Positions 9,725 through 16,103 of a stretch of 16,103 nt of DNA are shown here, piece after piece. The translations under genes were made by a program, and so were the position numbers. Each line of letters opens with the position of its first letter. Position 1 is the first letter of the stretch. The notes under the pieces are model-generated. The model made no database searches. It worked only from the letters and a program-made list of their open reading frames with translations, and was not told where the DNA came from. The stretch comes from Puniceicoccaceae bacterium. Lineage in GTDB: Bacteria; Verrucomicrobiota; Verrucomicrobiia; Opitutales; Oceanipulchritudinaceae. The stretch is from the NCBI GenBank assembly GCA_040830765.1, contig JBFOMH010000031.1, positions 1 to 16,103 of the forward strand. Direction: 5' to 3'.

Positions 9725-10798
9725 ATGAAGACACGAGAAGGAGCGAAATACGAATTACTGGTGGCGACGAGCATGGGCGTGCGGTTAACGCCGAAGGCGG
9801 GGCAACCGGTGCACAGTGCGCGGGAGTTCATCATGCAGGCGACGAGTGCTGAATCGAACGTGGCGAGCATTGTCTCGTACCTGGGACTACCGGTGAAGGT
9901 ATTGACCAATTTTGTTAAAGGAAGCCCGGTGGCGCGTTTCATCAGGGATGACTTGGCCTCGCGGCACATGGATGTGGAGGGCCCGGAAGTGGAGCAGGGC
10001 GGTCCCTGGGGCTGCCGGCACCAGATCAACATCGCGGACAGCGGAGCGGGCCTGCGGGGTCCCCGGGTCCAAAACGACCGGGCTGGGGAAGTAGGCCGGA
10101 CCCTTTCGGTTGAGGACTTTGACTTGGAGCGTATCTTTGGCGAGGAAGGCGTAAAGGTGGTGCACCTTTCGGGGCTGGTGGCAGCCTTGTCACCGGAGAC
10201 TGGCCAATTTTGCCAGGAGATCGCACGGGCGGCCAAGAAGCATGGCAGCCTGATCTCCTTTGATTTGAATCACCGGGCCTCATTCTGGATAAATCGCGAG
10301 GAGGAACTGGCGGGAATTTTCAAGGAGATTGCCGGTCTTTCGGATATTCTCGTTGGCAATGAGGAAGACTTCCAGCTTTGCCTTGGGGTTGCCGGACCGG
10401 AAGCGGGTGGCCAGGGCCTGCAGGGCAAGATTGACGGGTTCAAGGAGATGATCACCCGGGTGAAGGCCGAGTATCCCGATACTTCTGTATTTGCGACTAC
10501 CTTGCGGGAAGTCATCAGCGTAAACAAGCACCTCTGGGGAGCGATCCTCTCCGCAGGCGACGACTGGCATGTCATCGAGCCGAGGGAAATCGGCGTAGTT
10601 GACCGGATTGGTGGTGGCGACGGATTTGTTGGCGGGATGCTCTACGCGATGCTGAAGGGCTGGGAACCAGAGAAGTGGGCCCAGTTTGGCTGGGCCAATG
10701 GGGCTTTCACGACGACGCTCCTGACCGATTACTCCCAACCGGCCGACGAGGAACAGATCTGGTCCCTCTGGGAAGGCAACGCCCGCGTGCGCCGCTAG
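9725..10798 (+). CDS. PfkB/ribokinase-family sugar kinase, 2-keto-3-deoxygluconate kinase-like
   Basis: AESNVA, VHLSG, SFDLNHRASFW, GNEED, ATTLRE and anion-hole motif DRIGGGDGF. AAAGGA SD lies upstream. The substrate cannot be determined from sequence. Confidence 0.85.
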   Translation: MKTREGAKYELLVATSMGVRLTPKAGQPVHSAREFIMQATSAESNVASIVSYLGLPVKVLTNFVKGSPVARFIRDDLASRHMDVEGPEVEQGGPWGCRHQINIADSGAGLRGPRVQNDRAGEVGRTLSVEDFDLERIFGEEGVKVVHLSGLVAALSPETGQFCQEIARAAKKHGSLISFDLNHRASFWINREEELAGIFKEIAGLSDILVGNEEDFQLCLGVAGPEAGGQGLQGKIDGFKEMITRVKAEYPDTSVFATTLREVISVNKHLWGAILSAGDDWHVIEPREIGVVDRIGGGDGFVGGMLYAMLKGWEPEKWAQFGWANGAFTTTLLTDYSQPADEEQIWSLWEGNARVRR

Positions 10799-10807
10799 GA
10801 CCTGTCC

Positions 10808-12097
10808 TTAGTAAAGGTCCATCAAGGTCCCGAAATCCGGTTCAAAGAGCCGCTTGTAGGCGCGGATTGCCTGGCCATCCGTCAGGGAGGCGAGGTAATC
10901 ACAGAGCAAGCGACGCTTCGTCTGGTCGTCCCCGGCGTTGTGGACCCATTGATTGACCGGGTCGGGCAGGATTCGCAAGGGCTTCTCGAGGTTGCCAAGG
11001 AGGTGTTCCGTGTAGGCTTCAAAAAGGCGGGTCAGCAGGTATCCGCCTTTGAACTCAATTTGCTGGAGGGGTGGGGACTTGAAAATCAGATCAAAGGCAA
11101 TCCGCTTGTGCAGGCTGCAGACCTCGCGGACCCGCGGCTCGATGTGCAACTGGAAGCGGTGCCGGTTGGTTAATTCGGCGAGCTCGGAGTCAACCGGCTT
11201 CAAGGAGCAGGCTTGGATGAACTGGCCGATCCAGAGACTGGTCCGGGGTTCATAACCGCCGGAGCGGATTTCATTAATCAAATCGTCAAGGGTCTGGTTC
11301 TGGTAGCTGGTCAGATCCGCCTGCTGATCGGCCCATTCCTGGAGGGAGTCCGGGGTGATGAAACGGGCCTTGATGCCGTCAACAATGTCGTGGAGGGAAT
11401 AGGCGGTGTCGTCGGCCCAGTCCATAATCTGGCACTCGATACTCTTGAGGGAGTTGATTTGGTCAGGTGAGCGTCCACTGAAGTCAATGCCCGGGAAGAC
11501 GAATTCCCGCAGATCCTTCTGGTCATCATAAAGGAAATGATTGTCAGGATATTGCATTTGCTCCCCGGTATCCCGGCAGCTCTCCGTATGCAGGGCCTTG
11601 TATTTGAGGATGCCGTCAAGGAAGGCCCGTGTCGGTTTCATGCCAGAGGGGCGATCCGGCCGTTCATATATGAGTTTGGTAAGGATGCGCAGTGTTTGGG
11701 CGTTGCCCTCGAAGCCTCCGTGAACGGACATCAGCTCGTTCAGTTTGCGCTCACCGATGTGACCAAAGGGCGGATGGCCAAGGTCATGGGCGAGACCGAC
11801 GGCCTCGACAAGGTCCGGGTCAATCTGAAAGTCCGGCCGCAGTCGCTCGCTGGTCTGGTTGATGTATTCGGCAATGGAGCGGGAAATGCGGGCGACCTCG
11901 ATGGTATGGGTCAATCGCGTGCGGTAAAAATCATATTCACCCGACTGGAAGACCTGGGTCTTGGATTGCAGTTGGCGGAAGGCGGAAGAAAAGAGAACCC
12001 GGTCCCGGTCAATCTGGAAGGGCGTGCGGTGGTCATTCTCCGGGCGCTTGCCCGGCAGGTGCTCGCAGTCGAATTCCCCGTAGAATCGATTTTCCAT
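10808..12097 (-). CDS. dgt: Deoxyguanosinetriphosphate triphosphohydrolase (HD superfamily dNTPase)
   Basis: RTPFQIDRDRV, KTQVF, RTRLTHTIEVA, AHDLGHPPFGH.GE, FEGNAQ, WADDTAYSLHD, DYLASLTD. The start is placed at ATG 12097 (MENRFY) rather than the TTG at 12133. Confidence 0.92.
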   Translation of the reverse strand: MENRFYGEFDCEHLPGKRPENDHRTPFQIDRDRVLFSSAFRQLQSKTQVFQSGEYDFYRTRLTHTIEVARISRSIAEYINQTSERLRPDFQIDPDLVEAVGLAHDLGHPPFGHIGERKLNELMSVHGGFEGNAQTLRILTKLIYERPDRPSGMKPTRAFLDGILKYKALHTESCRDTGEQMQYPDNHFLYDDQKDLREFVFPGIDFSGRSPDQINSLKSIECQIMDWADDTAYSLHDIVDGIKARFITPDSLQEWADQQADLTSYQNQTLDDLINEIRSGGYEPRTSLWIGQFIQACSLKPVDSELAELTNRHRFQLHIEPRVREVCSLHKRIAFDLIFKSPPLQQIEFKGGYLLTRLFEAYTEHLLGNLEKPLRILPDPVNQWVHNAGDDQTKRRLLCDYLASLTDGQAIRAYKRLFEPDFGTLMDLY

Positions 12098-12151
12098 ATT
12101 TGCCAAGTAGAAGCATTCCCGCACCGGGTACAACCGGAAAGCAATCCTTCC

Positions 12152-12607
12152 TTAAAAGTCCTTGTCGTGCGTATCGAGGACCAGCGTAACCGGTCCATCG
12201 TTGTGGGCTTGGATGAGCATCTCCGCACCGAAGATTCCGGTTGCCACCGGCCGACCGGTAATTTGCTCCAAGGTGGCGACAAATTGTTCATAGATCGGGA
12301 TCGCCATGGCCGGTTCCGCTGCCCGGTTGAAGGAGGGTCGCGTACCCTTGCGTAAACTCCCGAAAAGGGTGAACTGGCTGATGACCATGAGTTCCAGGTC
12401 GAGGTCGATCAGGCTGCGGTTCATTTTTCCTTCATCATCCTCAAAACAGCGAATGACCGGTATCTTGTTCGCCAGCCAGAGCATGTCTTTCTCTGTATCC
12501 GACTTCTCTATTCCAAGGAATACCAGCAGACCCTTGCCAATCGCTCCGGCAACCTTGTTGGCGACCCGGACCTCTCCCCAGTTTACTCTTTGTATCACCG
12601 CTCTCAT
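12152..12607 (-). CDS. dtd: D-aminoacyl-tRNA deacylase
   Basis: Canonical N-terminus MRAVIQRV (start 12607), SQFTL, KGTRPSF and NDGPVT (Gly-cisPro motif). Confidence 0.96.
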   Translation of the reverse strand: MRAVIQRVNWGEVRVANKVAGAIGKGLLVFLGIEKSDTEKDMLWLANKIPVIRCFEDDEGKMNRSLIDLDLELMVISQFTLFGSLRKGTRPSFNRAAEPAMAIPIYEQFVATLEQITGRPVATGIFGAEMLIQAHNDGPVTLVLDTHDKDF

Positions 12608-12622
12608 GACACTTGCAACGAA

Positions 12623-12651
12623 AGGATGCAGGAGGACAGCACGCCCTGCAA
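12623..12651 (-). promoter_or_regulatory. Putative promoter of dtd(-dgt)
   Basis: TTGCAG (12651-12646), 17 nt spacer, CATCCT (12628-12623), then 15 nt to the dtd ATG. It has the same -35 hexamer as the LOV kinase promoter. Confidence 0.35.
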
Positions 12652-12787
12652 TGCTGTTTTCCCTACACAAGATCCCTATTGAAATTAGGTGAAATTACCT
12701 AGGCCTGCCCGGTCAACCACCCAAGCCTTTATGGTTGCAGTGTGGACAGGATTGGCATTGTATCCTTCACTCAAGACTGCTGGCCGC

Positions 12788-13378
12788 ATGGATATACTCA
12801 TAGCTGAGGACGACTTCATTTCTCGCAAACTGCTCGTGAACATTCTCGAGGAGCTTGGGCATGTGGTATCTGTTGCTTCCGATGGGGAAGAGGCCTGGGA
12901 GATTTATAAAAAGCAACCCAGTCGCATGGTCATTACCGATTGGCTCATGCCGCGACTTGATGGGCTGGAACTGGTGCGGAAAATCCGCTCCGAGGACATG
13001 TCCGACTACACCTACGTTGTTCTCCTGACGGCAAATATTGGCCAGAGGGAGAACTACTTCAAGGCCATGGAGGCCGGGGTAGATGATTTCCTTGCCAAGC
13101 CGCTGGACCGTATCGAACTCGAGATCCGTCTCAATGTCGCCTCCCGTATCCTCAAGGCCAGTTCCCACATTCATTCATTGGAAAGTGTCCTGACGATTTG
13201 TGCCTACACCAAGAAGATCAATTTCCCGGACGAAGGCTGGCAGACGATCGAGGACTTCATGCGCAAGCATCTTGGGCTCACGGTTTCCCATGGAATTGAG
13301 CCCGAGTACTACGACAAGGTCATCAAGCCACAGTTGGAAAACCTGAAAAAACACAATTCCAAGGCCAAGGAGGCCTGA
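12788..13378 (+). CDS. Orphan response regulator: REC + short C-terminal domain of unknown function
   Basis: MDILIAEDD start at 12788 (not GTG 12689), TDWLMP phospho-Asp, LLTA, DDFLAKP, a coiled-coil linker, then ICAYTKKI...W..IE.F...SHGI.P. Confidence 0.88.
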   Translation: MDILIAEDDFISRKLLVNILEELGHVVSVASDGEEAWEIYKKQPSRMVITDWLMPRLDGLELVRKIRSEDMSDYTYVVLLTANIGQRENYFKAMEAGVDDFLAKPLDRIELEIRLNVASRILKASSHIHSLESVLTICAYTKKINFPDEGWQTIEDFMRKHLGLTVSHGIEPEYYDKVIKPQLENLKKHNSKAKEA

Positions 13379-13430
13379 GGAATTGTAGGGGCTTTGTCAC
13401 GACTTTGTGACACTCGTACAGGAGGATGCC

Positions 13431-14426
13431 TCAATCCTGCTTGCTGAATCCGTCGGGATGATTCTTGTGCCATTCCCACGCCGTGGAAATGGTTTCGCGG
13501 ATGTCCATGTATTGCGGCTTCCATCCGAGCTCGCCTTGCGCCTTGCTGCTGTCCGCGTAGAGGGCGGGAGGATCTCCCATTCGCCGTGGACCCATTTCAT
13601 AGGGCACCTTTAACCCGGTCACTGATTCCACCGCATTGACGACCTCGAGGACACTGACCGGTGTCCCGGTTCCGAGGTTATAGAAAAGGCAAGTGCCCTT
13701 CTTCTCCATCTTGTTAAAGACGGCAATATGTGCCCGGGCCAGGTCATCCACATGGATATAATCCCGCAGGCAGGTCCCATCCGGCGTGTCGTAGTCGTTT
13801 CCGAATACAGTCAGCTTATCCCGTTTCCCTTGGGCGGCCCAAATGGCGAGGGGAATGAGGTGCGTTTCCGGATCATGATCCTCGCCGATGGAGCCATCGC
13901 TGGCGGCCCCGGCGGCATTGAAGTAGCGGAAGGAGGCGGAGCTCAGTCCGTAGGCGTGGGCACAGGCCTTGAGCAGGTTCTCGACATCCAGCTTGGTCTG
14001 GCCGTAGGGATTGATGGGATTCTGTGGCAGATCCTCGGTCATGGGCATTTTTTCGGGAACGCCATAACTGGCACAGGTCGAGGAAAAGACGAACTTAGCG
14101 ACCCCACAGGCCTGCATGGCCTGAAGGAGGGAGACAGTCTTGCTGAGGTTGTTTTCGTAGTACTTCAGTGGGTCTGTCACGGATTCCCCGACATAGGCGA
14201 AGGCCGCAAAGTGCATAACGAGGTCGATTGACTCCTCCCGCAGGACTTTCTTGACCAGTGCGCGGTCTCCCAGATCCCCCTCGTGGAAGGCAATGTGGCC
14301 GGCGACCGCCTCCCGGTGGCCGAAGACCAGGTTATCCAACACAACCGGACGGTGTCCGCTGGTTTCCAACTGCTTCACACAATGACTGCCGATATAACCG
14401 GCTCCTCCGACGACCAGGACATTCAT
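13431..14426 (-). CDS. galE: UDP-glucose 4-epimerase
   Basis: GGAGYIGSH, HFAAFAYVGES, FSSTCA, catalytic YGQTK, RYFNAAGA, PETHLIP and DGTCLRDYIHV. Confidence 0.95.
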   Translation of the reverse strand: MNVLVVGGAGYIGSHCVKQLETSGHRPVVLDNLVFGHREAVAGHIAFHEGDLGDRALVKKVLREESIDLVMHFAAFAYVGESVTDPLKYYENNLSKTVSLLQAMQACGVAKFVFSSTCASYGVPEKMPMTEDLPQNPINPYGQTKLDVENLLKACAHAYGLSSASFRYFNAAGAASDGSIGEDHDPETHLIPLAIWAAQGKRDKLTVFGNDYDTPDGTCLRDYIHVDDLARAHIAVFNKMEKKGTCLFYNLGTGTPVSVLEVVNAVESVTGLKVPYEMGPRRMGDPPALYADSSKAQGELGWKPQYMDIRETISTAWEWHKNHPDGFSKQD

Positions 14427-14532
14427 GGCGTGATTAAGTCCATGGAGTATCGTTCTGAAAAGCCTTTTTGCATGCTTCTTGGCCGATTCGCTCCCTTTGG
14501 ACCAACTTTAGGGGCGGGGATTTGCCTTTGCA

Positions 14533-14551
14533 TTGACAGCTTCAAGCTGTC
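14533..14551 (+). promoter_or_regulatory. TTGACA box overlapped by a 17-bp palindrome (candidate operator) upstream of the ketosynthase
   Basis: TTGACA at 14533-14538. GACAGCTT-C-AAGCTGTC at 14535-14551 has perfect 8-bp arms and lies in the galE/fabF divergent spacer. Confidence 0.45.
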
Positions 14552-14606
14552 TTATTGAGACTGTGTCTTTCTATTGACGGGATGATCCCGCCAGCATGAG
14601 CCATTA

Positions 14607-15857
14607 ATGAGCGAGCCTATCAACAGCCGAATTGTGATCACGGGAATCGGATTGACCTCACCGAGTGGCAACACTCTCGAGGAGTACCGCGGCAATCTGC
14701 TTTCCGGAGTGAGCAAAATTACCAATATCGACATGCGCTACATGGGCCAGGTGCATGCCGGTGTTTGCGACTATGACGCCCGCAAGTACCAGACTCGCCG
14801 GGAATTACGCAATAGCACGCGAGCGGGCAGTATTGCCATTTTCTGCAGTCGGGAAGCGATTCAGGATGCCCGAATCGACTGGGAGAACGTGGACACCAGC
14901 CGGGTAGGGGTCTACATCGGGACCACCGAGCACGGCAACGTCGAGACGGAGAATGAGGTCTACAACATTTCCCAGTACGATTACGACGTCCGCTTCTGGT
15001 CCCACCATCACAATCCGCGCACGGTAGCCAACAATCCTGCCGGCGAGGTCACGATGAATCTCAAAATCCACGGGCCGCATTACACGATCGGGGCCGCCTG
15101 TGCCGCCGGGAACGCCGGAATTATCCAGGGGTACCAAATGCTCAAGCTGGGTGAAGTGGACATGGCCCTCGCCGGGGGTGTCTCCGAGTCCATCCACACC
15201 TTCGGGATATTTGCCAGTTTCAAGAGCCAGGGCGCCTTGGCCGTCCATGATGACCCGACCAAGGCCAGCCGGCCCTTTGATTCCGGCCGCAATGGCATTG
15301 TAGTCAGTGAGGGAGGAGCGGTCTACACCCTCGAGCGGCTTGAAGATGCCAAGGCCCGGGGAGCCCGCATTTATGCGGAAGTTGTCGGTTATCATATCAA
15401 TTCGGATGCCACCGACGCGGTTCTGCCGAACAGTGAGCGGCAGCGCCAGTGTATGGAAATCGCCTTGCGCAAAGCCGGCCTGGAGGCGGGCGACATCGAT
15501 ATTGTGAATACCCATGCGACCTCGACTCCGCAGGGGGACATCCAGGAATGCATGGCTATCCGGGAGCTATTCCCGGCGGAGACCTGCCCCAATACGCGGG
15601 TCAACAATACCAAGAGCTACATTGGGCACGCCATGGGGGCCGCCGGGGCCCTGGAGCTGGCCGGAAACCTTCCCGCCTTCGAGGACGGCATGGTCCATCC
15701 AACAATTAATATCGAGCAGCTTGACCCCGAGTGCTCCTTGCCTAACTTGGTGGTCAATGAGCCTGAGCAGCGACCTGAAGTCCGCACCATTTTGAATAAC
15801 AGTTTCGGGATGTTGGGGATAAATTCCTGCTTGATCGTTAAAAAGTTTGCAGAATAA
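14607..15857 (+). CDS. fabF: Beta-ketoacyl-ACP synthase II-like (FabF/KAS family, atypical subfamily)
   Basis: RIVITGIG, catalytic Cys in AACAAG, His in NTHATST, His in KSYIGHAMGAAG, SRPFD..RNG and NNSFGMLGIN. Confidence 0.85.
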   Translation: MSEPINSRIVITGIGLTSPSGNTLEEYRGNLLSGVSKITNIDMRYMGQVHAGVCDYDARKYQTRRELRNSTRAGSIAIFCSREAIQDARIDWENVDTSRVGVYIGTTEHGNVETENEVYNISQYDYDVRFWSHHHNPRTVANNPAGEVTMNLKIHGPHYTIGAACAAGNAGIIQGYQMLKLGEVDMALAGGVSESIHTFGIFASFKSQGALAVHDDPTKASRPFDSGRNGIVVSEGGAVYTLERLEDAKARGARIYAEVVGYHINSDATDAVLPNSERQRQCMEIALRKAGLEAGDIDIVNTHATSTPQGDIQECMAIRELFPAETCPNTRVNNTKSYIGHAMGAAGALELAGNLPAFEDGMVHPTINIEQLDPECSLPNLVVNEPEQRPEVRTILNNSFGMLGINSCLIVKKFAE

Positions 15858-15883
15858 GCCGATTTATCTACAACCGCGCCAAT

Positions 15884-16103
15884 ATGACCAAGGAAGATTG
15901 TAAGAAGGTGGTTTTGGACATTATCTCCGAAATCGCCCCAGACGAGGATTTAAGCGATGTTCAGCCGGACGTCCGGCTCAGGGACCAGCTGGATCTGGAT
16001 TCCATGGACTTTCTCGATATCGTTATGGAATTGCGCAAGCAGTTCGGCATTGAGGTACCCGAGGAAGATTATCAACAACTGGCCAGCCTCGACAGCTGCG
16101 CGG
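15884..16103 (+). CDS. Acyl carrier protein, 3'-truncated by the window edge (absent from the ORF track)
   Basis: Manual translation gives MTKEDCKKVVLDIISEIAPDEDLSDVQPDVRLRDQLDLDSMDFLDIVMELRKQFGIEVPEEDYQQLASLDSCA... It is acidic, has the phosphopantetheine site Ser40 in LDSMD and starts 26 nt after the KAS stop. Confidence 0.9.
   Translation, partial: MTKEDCKKVVLDIISEIAPDEDLSDVQPDVRLRDQLDLDSMDFLDIVMELRKQFGIEVPEEDYQQLASLDSCA

Noticed and set aside
12608..12787. Upstream extensions of dtd (to 12670) and the response regulator (from 12689)
   Set aside because: The family-typical N-termini MRAVIQRV and MDILIAEDD begin later. This stretch reads better as a divergent promoter region.

Overview
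This is a gene-dense, moderately GC-rich bacterial chromosomal segment. The protein families and gene mix suggest Verrucomicrobiota (Opitutales/Puniceicoccaceae-like), which is an inference from recall and not a database result. Gene order: 5'-truncated DUF481-type outer-membrane barrel, mscS with an intrinsic terminator, a coupled pair of PAS-LOV histidine kinase and REC-LytTR regulator (minus), divergent gdhA, a minus-strand run cstA-ribE-cysI-GGCT, a PfkB/KdgK-like kinase, dtd-dgt (minus), an orphan response regulator, galE (minus), and a FabF-like ketosynthase followed by a 3'-truncated acyl carrier protein that the ORF track missed. I saw no rRNA, tRNA, CRISPR array or mobile element. The best lead is a cytoplasmic LOV (putative blue-light/flavin) HisKA kinase with a variant GRSCRFLQ motif, coupled to an apparently domain-shuffled LytTR regulator and divergent from gdhA across a repeat-containing spacer. 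Secondary leads are the atypical KAS-ACP cluster start and the response regulator with a degenerate Cys-motif tail.
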